This document shows, piece after piece, positions 1 to 10,174 of a stretch of 64,000 bases of DNA; within the stretch, counting starts at the first letter, position 1; each line of letters starts with the position of its first letter. A program made the translations under genes and the position numbers. The notes beneath the pieces are model-generated. The model saw only the letters and a program-made list of their open reading frames with translations. It ran no database searches and was not told the origin of the DNA. This stretch comes from Candidatus Poribacteria bacterium (GTDB lineage Bacteria > Poribacteria > WGA-4E > PCPOR2b): contig OZ244587.1 of assembly GCA_965218095.1 (NCBI GenBank), positions 544,001 to 608,000 of the forward strand, given 5' to 3'.

Positions 1-328
1 GGTCTCCCGACTTGTGATCCAAAGAGGCGGGAGAATCTCAATCTGATGTCTTGGGGTGTGGTACGCCTGCCATTTTCTTCGAGTGAAAGCCATCTCCCTT
101 TCCTTCGACCAAACGGTAAGGAATTTTTCCCCATCTAGGTAATCCAGTGAACTTTTAGGGACAATAAACACGCTACCTGGTAAACAGTACACTTCACCTT
201 GTAAAATCAGGGTAGCCAATCCTTTTGCTCGGTACTTTTCCTCAATTAGGTCTACAATTGGAAAGTCCATGTGGATAAGTTTACCACATCTTTCATCTCT
301 TTGCACTTTGTTTTAACATGAGCCAACG

Positions 329-649
329 ATGCTTCTCATTTATCTCACGATAGCAATCGTCTCGGTTTTCATTGGCGCTGCGGTTGCCTTTTTTATTTTG
401 CGCGGAAATCCGATTTTATTCTCTGCGATTCTGGGCTTCACAGCCAGCGCAGTTTTGGGGATAATCATCTTTCAGCTCTTACCCCATCACTATGAGGAGT
501 TAGGATTTATAAGCCTTTTCATCATGGGGCTTGGTTTTTTGACAATCTTTCTGATTGATGAGCGTATCATCCATCAATACGCACAGTTGAGCTCACGCCG
601 AAGCCAAAAGCCATGTCCGATGGATTTGGCAATCCATCGGAATCTGTAA
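329..649 (+). pseudogene. ZIP/ZupT-like metal transporter, N-terminal fragment
   Basis: Three hydrophobic helices; GFTASAVLGIIIFQLLPH resembles ZIP TM2; only 106 aa. Confidence 0.45.
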
Positions 650-1383
650 AATGTGTATACCCTCCCATTGACCAATACAGAATTAACTCAATAACTCTCT
701 TTCAAAAGCACCATTCAGGATAGGGCCTCTTCGGATTTTCTTAATGGAATCGTGCAATTCACTTTCGTCATTATTCTGAATTGAATATCGTATCCCCCCA
801 AATTCACGCTTTTCCCAATGGCGTTGAATACGCTTCCTAAACGCGGCAAGATCTACTTCTCTCTTTGATGCATAATCAGAAAATACAGCTTCGAGAAAGT
901 CTGAACCTAGATAATACAGTGGGGCAAAATCGGAAGCGGGATCTCCTAGACGACAAGCCTCAAAGTCAATGATCCCGACAAGATGCTGCAAGTCTTTCTC
1001 CAAAAGGAAATTCTCATACCATAAATCACCGTGAATAAGTGATGGCTCGAACATGAAATTTTCTTCACCTTCCTGATATACTTTCCACCATTCAACGACG
1101 AGAGTTTGTTCACTTGTACTCAAGATGCGCTTCAGAGTCGGTAGCACATCCTTCTTCAGCTTTTGATCTTCTTCAAAAAGATCTGGGTGTTCCAGCCCAA
1201 ATGATCGGGCATCTAATCCGTGTAAAGCTACCAGAAAATTCGCGATATCAAGCGCAAGAATGGGTAGATTGGTTTTTCTAATCAACTCTTTCGTCAGCGT
1301 TATTCCATCAATCTTGGGATAACACAAGACTCCAAAAGGAAATGCTTCCGATGACTCAATAAAGTACTGAGGCGTAGGTATTT

Positions 1384-2488
1384 GAGGGGTGCTCATAAGT
1401 CCCCTTATCGAAAGAGTGTAATCAGATGTGTTACATTTCTCAGGGGTCTTCCCCAAATAGAATTGACTAACATAGCCAGTTGCAGTAAAACCACCCCCAG
1501 CATCAAAAAGGTAGAGACATTCGCTTTTCGACTCACCGGCAATTGCTTATGATTGGTATGGGTCGATAGTAATTGGCTCAACAATCCAAAGATAGGTTCA
1601 ATAGCAACCTTGCGCTTGTGTTGATAGGTCTGCAACTGCGCCGATTGATTCACCGCTTCAACATAACGCCGTGCCCGCTGACTCTTTGCGCCTCTGACGG
1701 GAGTGATTAGCAACAGTCCCTGGTTCGCCAAGTGTTGGGTACGTTTCAAGTCGGTATAGCCGGCATCAGCGACTAAATACCCGATGTTCTGTTCAAGCAG
1801 TGTGTCGAGTTGTCGGTCAAGGACGGCTTTTTCACTCACACACGCGGTGTCAATGGCACTCATACGAGGCAATCCCTCTATAGAGACGGTCAGATGAAGC
1901 CCATAGCCGTAAACCCAACCGTGATAGTGACTCTTTGACCAACTGGCGTCTGTGTCAATGGCACGGATGCCAGTTGGGATGCGATTGGCATTTCTATCCT
2001 TCTGATGCCAGACGCTTCCTTTTGCCTTAAACAGACTTTTGTCTTGGTAAACCACCTCTGGAGGTGAGTCAGGTATCAAAGTCATTCCCACATCACCGAG
2101 ATACCCGATGAACGCCTCTAGCTGGTAAGCGAGTTGTTTGTAGCGTCGGCAAAGGGTTGCCCGAGACGGAACACATGCCAGTTTAAGACGACACAGCCAC
2201 TGCGGGTGTAGCTTGAGCCATCTGTGTTGTGCCTTAAAGCGATGGAGGCCTTTGAGCGTTAAGATGGCAAAAAGGACAATCAAGCAGTCGTCTGTATACG
2301 ATTTCGGACGTCCATGGCTCTCAGGTGGCGGTGCATGGCTGGAAGCGTTGAAATGGTCAAGTTGTTCAAACAAAAATGTGATATAATACGTACTGTCAGG
2401 ATAACCCATGTTATAATCCTCTCTTTCTTGCACGTTAGATTAGATTATAACCGTTATCCTGACTCAAGTCTACTTATGAGCACCCCTC
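1384..2488 (-). mobile_element. IS element with DDE transposase (IS4/IS982-like superfamily)
   Basis: TIR GAGGGGTGCTCATAAGT / ACTTATGAGCACCCCTC; 8-bp TSD AGGTATTT at 1376-1383 and 2489-2496. Confidence 0.92.
1405..2433 (-). CDS. DDE transposase
   Basis: DTDASWSKS..GWVYGYGLHL, ADAGY and RKVAIEPIF motifs; homologous to 59459-60469. Confidence 0.88.
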   Translation of the reverse strand: MQEREDYNMGYPDSTYYITFLFEQLDHFNASSHAPPPESHGRPKSYTDDCLIVLFAILTLKGLHRFKAQHRWLKLHPQWLCRLKLACVPSRATLCRRYKQLAYQLEAFIGYLGDVGMTLIPDSPPEVVYQDKSLFKAKGSVWHQKDRNANRIPTGIRAIDTDASWSKSHYHGWVYGYGLHLTVSIEGLPRMSAIDTACVSEKAVLDRQLDTLLEQNIGYLVADAGYTDLKRTQHLANQGLLLITPVRGAKSQRARRYVEAVNQSAQLQTYQHKRKVAIEPIFGLLSQLLSTHTNHKQLPVSRKANVSTFLMLGVVLLQLAMLVNSIWGRPLRNVTHLITLFR

Positions 2489-2821
2489 AGGTATTTCACA
2501 GGGGAGCAGATCGGCTATTTGAGGTAAAATCACCTTGTCCTGTAAGAATGCTTCGGATGACTTCGAATGTTTTCCAATCAGGACAATGTATTGGCCATCT
2601 GCTTCAATTGCGATACTGCGAAAACCTTCCCCAATGAGTTTCAAATCTGCGATCTCTAGGTCAGTCAGTTCTGTGTTAAGAGCTTTTTGGATTTCATCAA
2701 GCTTGCGTGTGATTTTGATTATGTGAGAATAAGCATCAGTGAACATTGAGATATTGGGAAGAGAGTAGTGGCGTGTCTTTCCTCTTTATATTTTTGAAGT
2801 TAGCCCTAAAACTACCATGGC

Positions 2822-2912
2822 ACAGAACGTTCTCGCCATTTGCGAACCCGCGAAGTGGGTTGCCGTCAGGCCAAGGAGTGTAAGCGACGCAGCGCAAGTG
2901 GACGTGTTATGC
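2822..2912 (-). other. attC-like recombination site (family A)
   Basis: Minus strand GCATAAC..CCACTTGCG..CGCAAATGG..GTTCTGT; R'' GCCGCATAAC is the exact complement of this cassette's start GTTATGCGGC at 3513. Confidence 0.7.
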
Positions 2913-2993
2913 GGCTCCTTCAGGACCGAAGCAACCAAAGGAAGCGAAGGGTTTGCAGGTTAGCCCCTCTTGGTTCGTGCTTTTTCAAACAGA

Positions 2994-3413
2994 TTACTCC
3001 GCGAACGTCTTCTGGCCCGTTTCCTTCTGTTTTCGCCTCAACTCTGCGATCTCTTCGTCTGTCAGACTTTCTCTGTCCGTTACGATAGTCTGTTCGATCA
3101 ATTCCAGCTTCAATTCCCGGTTAGTGAGCCACTCCCAGCGATCGGCATTTGCTGGGTGGGGATGTGGATGCACATCATCAGGACCAATCTCATCGGAAAC
3201 GGCATAGAGATAACTAGGCGTGACGCCGTTATGCTTCACTTTACATTTGTCAGATAGAGATTCACCTCCGGTAGACATAGAGACAAGTGAAGGTCTGTGA
3301 GAGAATGCTTTCGCCACACTCTTGTTCTGTGTGATTGAACTTCCGCCCCGCAGTTTTGTCAGCTTTTGCTGAGAACCATGATACCACGTAAGACTATAGT
3401 CGCAATCTGACAT
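2994..3413 (-). CDS. Hypothetical cassette protein (WYHGS motif, possibly ADP-ribosyltransferase fold)
   Basis: 139-aa ORF with GAGG RBS lying between two attC-like sites. Confidence 0.6.
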   Translation of the reverse strand: MSDCDYSLTWYHGSQQKLTKLRGGSSITQNKSVAKAFSHRPSLVSMSTGGESLSDKCKVKHNGVTPSYLYAVSDEIGPDDVHPHPHPANADRWEWLTNRELKLELIEQTIVTDRESLTDEEIAELRRKQKETGQKTFAE

Positions 3414-3506
3414 CAGTTACCTCAAACTCTGAGCAGGAAAGGGAAAGGGCTACACCCTTTGCCAAGGTTTCGATTGAAAAAAATGGGAGCCCAGTCTGCT
3501 AATGCC

Positions 3507-3596
3507 GCATAACGTCTTCGCCGTGCCCAAACCGCGAAGTGGTTGGGCGGAGGACCGCATGGCCCAAAGCCGAAGGCACGATGGCCGCGGTTCTTC
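3507..3596 (-). other. Degenerate attC-like site (family A, R'' lost)
   Basis: GCATAACGT..AAACCGCGAAGTGGTTG..CCAAAGCCGAAGG aligns with 7148-7236. Confidence 0.5.
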
Positions 3597-3665
3597 GTCT
3601 ATGTCAGCGGCCTTCCCCAGGCGACTCTTGTTTCTAAGCCAGCTATCCGCTCTTTGACCCGTTGC

Positions 3666-3755
3666 GCCTAACGTTTAATGGTTTTCGAACCCGGAGCGTA
3701 GCGGAGGGTTGCCCGTAAGGGCCAAGGCAGCGCATGCCGCGCAGCGCTGTTCTTC
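3666..3755 (-). other. attC-like site (family A)
   Basis: + strand GCCTAACGTTT..CGAACCC..GGGTTGCCCGTAAGGGCCAAG..GTTCTTC. Confidence 0.55.
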
Positions 3756-3828
3756 TTTGTCTTCGAGGTGCATCGACAATGAGCACAGCGAGTTGCTCGC
3801 GACTTTGTGATCAAGCCTTCACCTCATA

Positions 3829-4161
3829 TCACCCATCAAGATATTGATTGAACCAATAGGCTGGCATGGTCGCACGTATAACCGGCCACCATGACTCCGG
3901 TACAGGGAGATATTGCCACTCGCTCGGTTCGCTCAAGTCTGTTGAGTGAGCGGGCATCACAAGCGTCCCATTTACGCCCAAGACTTCTTGAAGTGCAATG
4001 ATGGCTGCTACCACCCCGCCGCACACCCATCCCATCGTGCTCAAGGACGAGTGAACCAGCAATACCATCCCCGTTCTGACGCCAAGCGCACCGAGATTTG
4101 CCTGCAACGAGTCAATCGTGGCGGGCGTTTTCGTTTTTTGAACGACTTGACCTTCACGCAT
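3829..4161 (-). pseudogene. AAC(3)/YokD-family acetyltransferase, C-terminally truncated
   Basis: LGVRTGMVLLVHSSLSTMGWVCGG..GTLVMPAHS is the AAC(3) N-terminus; 110 aa, well short of a full-length family member. Confidence 0.85.
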
Positions 4162-4185
4162 TTGGTTGTCCTCTTGCTTGCATTC

Positions 4186-4266
4186 GCATAACGTTTTTGC
4201 GCCCCGGAACTGCGAAGCGGTTGGACGAAGGCGCGTATGCGCCGTAGCCAGGGCACAGTGTTACAG
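4186..4266 (-). other. attC-like site (family A)
   Basis: + strand GCATAACGTTTT..GAACTGCGAAGCGGTT..GTTACAG, 10 bp from the stop of the upstream gene. Confidence 0.6.
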
Positions 4267-4275
4267 GGCGTGGAC

Positions 4276-5004
4276 TCAAATGGATCGTTCAGGAAGGAGA
4301 TGGAGTTTGTCAGATGGCAGATAATCCTTCAGCTCCTCTAGATGTCTTATTCTCTGTTCCTCCAACTGAGCGTAAAGTGGGAATTCGGTGCCTTTCGCCC
4401 TGAACTCCACCACCAGAAGCCTACGCTCCCGATGCCCTGGGGTCACCGATCCGCCGTGGACGAGTGTCCCCGACAGCAGGGAGGCCTGTCCATGTTCTGC
4501 AAAAACTGGAACGGGGGCCCCGTATTCGAGATCAGGTGGTAATTGCTTGATTTCGTTGTTGTTGTCGTCTGGGTGATCGTCCATGTAGCGCATCACCTGC
4601 AAGTGACTTCCAGGTCGGTAGTACAGCGGGCAGTTGTCGGCCTGGATATCAGTCAGCCACACGAAAAAGCTACTCGGCATCGCAACCGGAGTGCTGTCGG
4701 AAGAGGAAGTTCCACACTTAAAATCAACGTGTTCCGGTTCAAGGGTCGACTGAGCGTTGGGCCTGGGTTTCGTCACCCGCAAGGACACGAACGCCAGTTC
4801 GACGGCCTCCGCACGCAGGATTGTCTTGGAAACGTTCTCGAAGAATGGATAGTAGACAAGCCTCAATAGTTCAGGTTGCAGGACGCTGCCTGTATACCAT
4901 CCGACAGAATCCCCCCGCCCTTTGGGGATGAAATCAGCATCATCGAGTGCTTCTATGGCCTCATTCGCAGCTCGGAGCAATGCACAAGGAAAGCTTGGCG
5001 ACAA
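4276..5004 (-). CDS. Phytanoyl-CoA dioxygenase (PhyH)-family protein
   Basis: HVD motif, WLTDI..PLYYRPGSH, LVHGG; the N-terminus may be frameshifted. Confidence 0.75.
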   Translation of the reverse strand: MSPSFPCALLRAANEAIEALDDADFIPKGRGDSVGWYTGSVLQPELLRLVYYPFFENVSKTILRAEAVELAFVSLRVTKPRPNAQSTLEPEHVDFKCGTSSSDSTPVAMPSSFFVWLTDIQADNCPLYYRPGSHLQVMRYMDDHPDDNNNEIKQLPPDLEYGAPVPVFAEHGQASLLSGTLVHGGSVTPGHRERRLLVVEFRAKGTEFPLYAQLEEQRIRHLEELKDYLPSDKLHLLPERSI

Positions 5005-5208
5005 AGTGACAAGACCAGCCGTATGGAATCTCTCAATGTCGGTTTGATCAATGCTTATATTTTACACCTGCTGTTACAGTGGCTGAACCGCTTCATTCAT
5101 GTCCTCTACGGTGACCACAGTGCGCGAACTGCCCCAAACAGTTGGGCGAAAATGCAACTTCACCTAGCTGTACCGGGGCCCGTTTGCCGCCGGCCAGCTA
5201 ACGGGACG

Positions 5209-5655
5209 TTATTCTTGTCTTTCCCAACCGAAACTTTCAAAAAACAGGACTTTCTGATAGTTTTCGAATGCCTGTCTAACATAAGGCACCATATTGGGCG
5301 GTAAATCGTGGACAGAATGCCAAGATAGGTCATCACACTTGTCTGGTTCTGCGTTGACGATGTCTCCGCTCCATCTGGAGGCGGCAAGGAAGAATGACAC
5401 CCGTTCATCCTCATCCTTCCTGTGCATAACCCCGACCACTTCGATATCCGAGGGCAGAATCTCAATACCGGACTCTTCCTTCGCTTCTCTGATCGCCGCT
5501 GCCTTGACCTCCTCGTTACCGTCAATGTGTCCAGCAATCACGCTGTAGTTACCATCCTCATACCCAGTATTGAAGCGCCTCAAAAGCAGGATTTCATTGT
5601 TGTTGTTCGTTAGAAAAATATGGGCTTCTGGAGTCAGCTTGAATTTGTCAGACAT
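5209..5655 (-). CDS. NUDIX hydrolase
   Basis: GHIDGNEEVKAAAIREAKEESG Nudix box; NAEPDKCDDLSW. Confidence 0.92.
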   Translation of the reverse strand: MSDKFKLTPEAHIFLTNNNNEILLLRRFNTGYEDGNYSVIAGHIDGNEEVKAAAIREAKEESGIEILPSDIEVVGVMHRKDEDERVSFFLAASRWSGDIVNAEPDKCDDLSWHSVHDLPPNMVPYVRQAFENYQKVLFFESFGWERQE

Positions 5656-5737
5656 CTACCGGCCTCGTAGAAGAAGCGCTTGAGCAGGAGAAGCAAGTGT
5701 GCATCCTACATGTGATTTGTTCCCAGACTCTAGCTGG

Positions 5738-5790
5738 GGCTAACGTTTTCGCGGCTTGCCGGAGGCCAAGTGCCGAATAGCGCGACTTAC
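5738..5790 (-). other. Partial attC-like site (R' half)
   Basis: GGCTAACGTTTTCGCGGCTTGCCGGAGGCCAAG matches the family A consensus with an internal deletion. Confidence 0.4.
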
Positions 5791-5834
5791 CTGATCTGAT
5801 ACGACGATTTTGCCTCCTGGTCTCTCAAGGTTGA

Positions 5835-6480
5835 TTACACATATCCTCGAACTGCCTCCGGGTATAATATTTTGGCGCCTGAGAGCACCTCAGCGTTCGT
5901 CAACCACTCAGTTTCCTGCCGGACCCCGTCTTCTGTTATCGGAACCTTAGGCATTGAATAAAATCGGTTTTCAATCTCAATCTCATAAAGCATCACCAGT
6001 TCATGACCAAGGTCATCCTTGTAATAAAATATATTGTCGATTGTGCAGAGATACCTGAATTGAAGAAGTTCCGTACCTAATTCCTCTCGAAATTCACGCC
6101 TCAGCGCATCAGGACGCGACTCACCATATTTAACACCGCCACCCGGAAAACGAAAGAAAAACTCTCTACTGTCAGGGTGCGTAAATCGCACCGCAAGCAC
6201 CCGATCCTTGTTCCGGACCATACCGAGAACAGTCGTGCGAATATGTTTCGTCCCGGGTTTCTGAACGAATGAAATCACATAGGAATCGAAAAAGCGCTCT
6301 TGGAACTCGGTTAGCGCCTTAATTTCATCTGCCCCATATCGGTCCACATGTCGTGAGACGACTAACTTATTCTCGTTGTCATCATTGCGGACAATTAGCC
6401 CAATTACGTTGCCCTCGTAGGAATCCAGAGGTTCAAATTCGCCCAGAACGTAGGCATCGATCTCTTCTCCATCCTCAGCA
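5835..6480 (-). pseudogene. Inorganic pyrophosphatase-like / NUDIX fusion, 5' truncated
   Basis: DGEEIDAYVLG..RNDDNENKLVV (PPase-like), then FPGGGVKYGESRPDALRREFREELG (Nudix); the ORF-track N-terminus reads through an attC half and the GNAT gene. Confidence 0.7.
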
Positions 6481-6538
6481 CCGCGCGGCGGTAGGGCGAA
6501 GGCGCAAGTGCGCGGCAGCGAAAATCGCTGTGTTAACC
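6481..6538 (-). other. Half attC-like site (R'' side only)
   Basis: Minus strand CGGTTAAC is nearly complementary to the GNAT cassette start GTTAGCCG (7154); shares GCGAAGGCGCAAG with family A. Confidence 0.5.
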
Positions 6539-6552
6539 GATTTGGAATTCTT

Positions 6553-7116
6553 CTATACCTTGCTCGAAAGGTTAGACTCGAAGTCAGATGCGACGATTCC
6601 GTAGATAGCCACGTCTTCAAACGAACCACACCTTTGTAGCTGCTGTCTCAGAATCCCCTCGAGTCTCATTCCCGCTTTTTCCATAACCCGACCCGAAGCG
6701 GGATTCTTGGTCATGTGACGTGCCTGAACCCGATTCAGATTGAGTTCCTCAAAGCCATACTGAACAAATGCCTGTGCAGCCTCAGTACAGTATCCGTTGT
6801 TCCAGAACGCCTTTCCGATCCAATAACCAAGTTCTCCGTACAGATGCTTTTGGTTGACATGAAGACCGATCGCGCCAATGAGTTGTCCACTAGATTCCAA
6901 AACGATGGCAAGGATGATTTCCGAGCCGTTCTGAAATGCCCCTTCATGGCTACCGATCCACTCTTCAGCCATCCTGTCCTCATACGGATGGGGCAGGTTC
7001 GGCACTGTTGCGGCCACGTCACGGTCCCCTGCCAACTTTTGGACGTTGTTCGCGTCTTCGAGTCTAAAAGGACGGAGGAACAAGCGATTTGTAGCTAATC
7101 TTGGCCAAGTTTTCAC
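6553..7116 (-). CDS. GNAT acetyltransferase, RimJ/RimL family
   Basis: LATNRLFLRPF, ELGYWIGKAFWNNGYCTEA, NPASGRVMEKAGM. Confidence 0.92.
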   Translation of the reverse strand: MKTWPRLATNRLFLRPFRLEDANNVQKLAGDRDVAATVPNLPHPYEDRMAEEWIGSHEGAFQNGSEIILAIVLESSGQLIGAIGLHVNQKHLYGELGYWIGKAFWNNGYCTEAAQAFVQYGFEELNLNRVQARHMTKNPASGRVMEKAGMRLEGILRQQLQRCGSFEDVAIYGIVASDFESNLSSKV

Positions 7117-7147
7117 GGGATAATGCCCTCCAGATCCTTTCCATTTC

Positions 7148-7236
7148 GGCTAACGTTTTGCTGGTTTGCGAACCCGCAAAGCGGGTTGCCGAAGGCAGAG
7201 GCATCAATGCGCCAAAGCCGAGGTACGGTGTTAGAC
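7148..7236 (-). other. attC-like site (family A)
   Basis: Minus strand GTCTAAC..GCCTTCGGCAACCCGCTTTGCGGGTTCGCAAA..GTTAGCC. Confidence 0.7.
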
Positions 7237-7252
7237 GCTGCGGTTCTTCGTC

Positions 7253-8047
7253 CTATGTCAGCGGCCTTCCCCAGGTGACCCTTGTTTCTAATTGGAAACT
7301 GAGGAGTCCCTCATCATCGGCAAAGTCAGACAAGATATGCGATAGTTCGGCGTCGAAGGCCCTAACGTTTTCCTCCCCCATGTGTTCCTTGGACATGCTT
7401 TCTCTCGAGTGAAAAGACTCAACATAGTCTGCTAGCGGTTGAGAGAAGTCAATCGGTGTTGTCCGCTTATCTCCAATTGGGTGTAGGTACCCTCTATTCG
7501 AGATCTCTTGAACCAGATCCATCTCCTCATAGTGCTTGTTGGTGGAATACTTGCGGATCAATGAAAGCTCTGCATCATGCCAAGGCGATCCGATAGGACG
7601 ATCTCCATCAATGATTACGAGGTGCCCATCTGTCGTCAGCACTTCCTTGAATCTCGGAAAAACCACGCTCCACTCCATCCAATGAATACTTGCTCCAGCC
7701 GTCACCATATGGTAGGGCGGATACAACCGCTCCTCCTCGACGCGTCCATTGATCCACCGGAGGTTTGGGTGATCGCCGTTGATGAGCGACTTCCCCACTT
7801 GGATCATTTCTCGCGAGAAGTCAACCGCATCAACTCCGTCTACGTGATCGACGAGTGACCGTGCTATCTTTCCTGGACCACATCCGACGTCTAGAACTCT
7901 CCCCCGCGATTCTCCCAGCAAACTTAGAAGTATCCTATACGTCTCATCTGGATAGGGAGGCCGGAACTCGTACGCTTTCGCCAAACTCCGGTTCTTGAAT
8001 CGGGATGCGTGATCGTCCCAGTATTGTCGTGGCCTTGTGGTTTTCAT
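7253..8047 (-). CDS. Class I SAM-dependent methyltransferase
   Basis: RPPYP, VLDVGCGPG, AVDFSREM, GASIHWM. Confidence 0.9.
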   Translation of the reverse strand: MKTTRPRQYWDDHASRFKNRSLAKAYEFRPPYPDETYRILLSLLGESRGRVLDVGCGPGKIARSLVDHVDGVDAVDFSREMIQVGKSLINGDHPNLRWINGRVEEERLYPPYHMVTAGASIHWMEWSVVFPRFKEVLTTDGHLVIIDGDRPIGSPWHDAELSLIRKYSTNKHYEEMDLVQEISNRGYLHPIGDKRTTPIDFSQPLADYVESFHSRESMSKEHMGEENVRAFDAELSHILSDFADDEGLLSFQLETRVTWGRPLT

Positions 8048-8050
8048 GTT

Positions 8051-9067
8051 TTAATCCTGCCTATTGGATAAACGCTTATATTCAAGGAATTTCTCTTGAA
8101 CCAAACCTTTGGCGAAGAGGCTCTTGCTCAGATCAAAGCCTTCCTTGATGGAGTCTGTCCGTCCAAAACAGTAGAAGGCTGCACCGGCATTCAAGCAGAC
8201 CATGTCCAGGATTGGTTCGGGAGTTTGGTTCTGTAAAAGAGATAGGAAGATTTCTGCATTCTCGTCGTTATCACCTCCTGGAATCGTGCTGTAATCCCGT
8301 TCAGTAATCCCGAAGTCCGAAGGTGTAATGTCATATTCTTTGGTCACATCTTCCGCCAGTTCAAATATATGAGTGGGTCCAGAAATTGAAATCTCATCAA
8401 TTCCAGGTTCTCCGATAACAATTAAGAATCGCGTACGTCCAAGGTGGCGGAGCACTTCTGCCAGCCGTCTGCCCATATCTACATCAATTGTTCCAAGTAT
8501 TTGATACTGAGGATTTGCAGGGTTGCATAACGGAGCGCTGAGATTAAAAATTGTTCTCCTGTCAGCTATTTGTCTGGCAGTTACAACCTTTTTCATCACC
8601 GGATGGTATGTGCGAGCAAACAGGAAACACATCTTCGTTCTGGCGAAAATGTCCTCTAACTGGTCGTCTTCAAAATCGAATTCACAGCCAAGTTTTTCGA
8701 GCAAATCAAAGCTTCCGTTCGGTCTCTTTGAACCTTTATTTCCGTGCTTGACAACTGGAACGCCACCGGCAGCCAAAATGAATGCAGCGGTTGTGGATAC
8801 GTTGAACCGATCCAAACCACTACCGCCCGTACCACATGAATCGATAGCGTTGGAGGGCAAAGAAACGAGTCTCGACTTGGCCAATAATGCTCTTGAAAAT
8901 CCGAGGATTTCATCGGCACTTTCGCCCTTTTCAGAGAGCGCTATAAGCAGTTCTGCTATCTGTCCGTCCGGTACATCATTTTCGAGTATTGCATTCAAAC
9001 ATTGTTCAGCCTCATTGGCTTGAAGAGATCCACTGGCTTTGAGTTTGTCAATGTATTTTGAAATCAT
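8051..9067 (-). CDS. trpD: Anthranilate phosphoribosyltransferase
   Basis: DSCGTGGSG..FNVST, KHGNK, GSFDLLEKLG, RTIFNL.PLCNP, GIDEIS. Confidence 0.93.
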   Translation of the reverse strand: MISKYIDKLKASGSLQANEAEQCLNAILENDVPDGQIAELLIALSEKGESADEILGFSRALLAKSRLVSLPSNAIDSCGTGGSGLDRFNVSTTAAFILAAGGVPVVKHGNKGSKRPNGSFDLLEKLGCEFDFEDDQLEDIFARTKMCFLFARTYHPVMKKVVTARQIADRRTIFNLSAPLCNPANPQYQILGTIDVDMGRRLAEVLRHLGRTRFLIVIGEPGIDEISISGPTHIFELAEDVTKEYDITPSDFGITERDYSTIPGGDNDENAEIFLSLLQNQTPEPILDMVCLNAGAAFYCFGRTDSIKEGFDLSKSLFAKGLVQEKFLEYKRLSNRQD

Positions 9068-9198
9068 GGGAAGCTTTTCCTGTTTACAAAAGAGCAGGAG
9101 GAAATAGTTCTGTGAGTTATTACAAGGTGTGTTAAGGAGGTTATTCTTTTTATTTTTCTCCCCCTATGCTTTTCCGATCAATACAAAAACAGTCTTTC

Positions 9199-9305
9199 GC
9201 ATAACATTTTGCCGGTTTGCGAACCTCGCGCTTATCGAGGGGTTGCCGAAGATCAAGCCGCTGCAGGACGGTGCAGGACGGTGCAGTGGCAGCCGGGTGT
9301 TACCG
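9199..9305 (-). other. attC-like site (family A)
   Basis: Minus strand CGGTAAC..CTTCGGCAACCCC..GGTTCGCAAACC..GTTATGC; R'' CCGGTAAC pairs with cassette start GTTTCCGG (10181); internal 10-bp tandem duplication. Confidence 0.7.
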
Positions 9306-9340
9306 GATGTGGACGTTCGGTTTCCTAGCTACTGAGTAGT

Positions 9341-10171
9341 TCAGACCTCTCGGACCCGACGAAGCAGTACGATTGGCCGATTAATCTCACCTGTTGCCTG
9401 TGATAGTGGCTGGTTCAAGTCCCAATCGTTCCACCAACCCACAAACTCGAACTCATCCATAGCGTCGGTTAGCAGGAGAAACTCCTGTGGATACATCACC
9501 CTTTGTAGGTCTGAACTAGATATCGTCAGGGATCGGCCGCAGTCTGTCACATTTAGAGTGGCCACTTCCTGGACAATCTGCTCGACGGGATCAACGTCCC
9601 TCAATGTGACGTTCACTTCGACTACGATCCCTTCCTTCTCCATTGTCCAGGACTGGCCCGTTTCTGAGAACGCGGGTGATTGACCAAATTGTACGCACCA
9701 GTCTAGGAGGTAAAGCGCTCCAGGATCGAGTGCCCTTGCCAGCGAACTGAAATGGCTAGACAGTTCCTCTGTGTTCCGTGCATACAGGGAGCCGAGCGCG
9801 ACGAAAGCAAACTGGTATGTTGTGTCCACGTTGAAATCTATCATAGAGGCTTTGTGAAATTCTGCTGTCCATGTACTTTCAGTAACCTTCCTTTGGCCGG
9901 CGGCGAGCATGTTTTCGTTCGTATCTAGCCCATGATACTCGTAACCCCGTCGGCACAATTCCCGAAGGTGCGGACTCGGACCACAGGCTAACTCCAGCAC
10001 TCGCCTCACCGGCACCTTGGCGAACCTCTCGAACAACTGCTCGAAACACGTTACCTCGTGAGAGATGTCACGAAATGAGAATGCCAGCTCGTAGTAATCT
10101 GGATAGTCGTAGAGTGCAGCGCTTCCGCTTTCAGATCTCATTTCTAAGTCTTTCACAGATTTAAACCTCAT
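9341..10171 (-). CDS. Class I SAM-dependent methyltransferase
   Basis: VLELACGP, GLDTNENML, LDPGALYLLD. Confidence 0.88.
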   Translation of the reverse strand: MRFKSVKDLEMRSESGSAALYDYPDYYELAFSFRDISHEVTCFEQLFERFAKVPVRRVLELACGPSPHLRELCRRGYEYHGLDTNENMLAAGQRKVTESTWTAEFHKASMIDFNVDTTYQFAFVALGSLYARNTEELSSHFSSLARALDPGALYLLDWCVQFGQSPAFSETGQSWTMEKEGIVVEVNVTLRDVDPVEQIVQEVATLNVTDCGRSLTISSSDLQRVMYPQEFLLLTDAMDEFEFVGWWNDWDLNQPLSQATGEINRPIVLLRRVREV

Positions 10172-10174
10172 TTC

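Larger units (their letters stand above)
683..2746 (-). pseudogene. Aminoglycoside phosphotransferase (APH/choline-kinase-like) gene split by an IS
   Basis: N-part 2474-2746 has LIGEGFRS; C-part 683-1383 has IHGDLWYEN and GIIDFE; the halves rejoin in frame (PCEIP/TPQYF) once the IS and one TSD copy are removed. Confidence 0.85.

Noticed and set aside
1-272. Minus-strand open frame running off the window start
   Set aside because: Incomplete and without recognisable motifs
5121-5215. Possible attC between the NUDIX and PhyH genes
   Set aside because: GCGCGAAC..GTTATTC ends are present but the arms pair too poorly to call
6481-6629. N-terminal extension of the 264-aa ORF overlapping the GNAT gene
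   Set aside because: Read-through of the GNAT 3' end and a half attC, not real coding sequence
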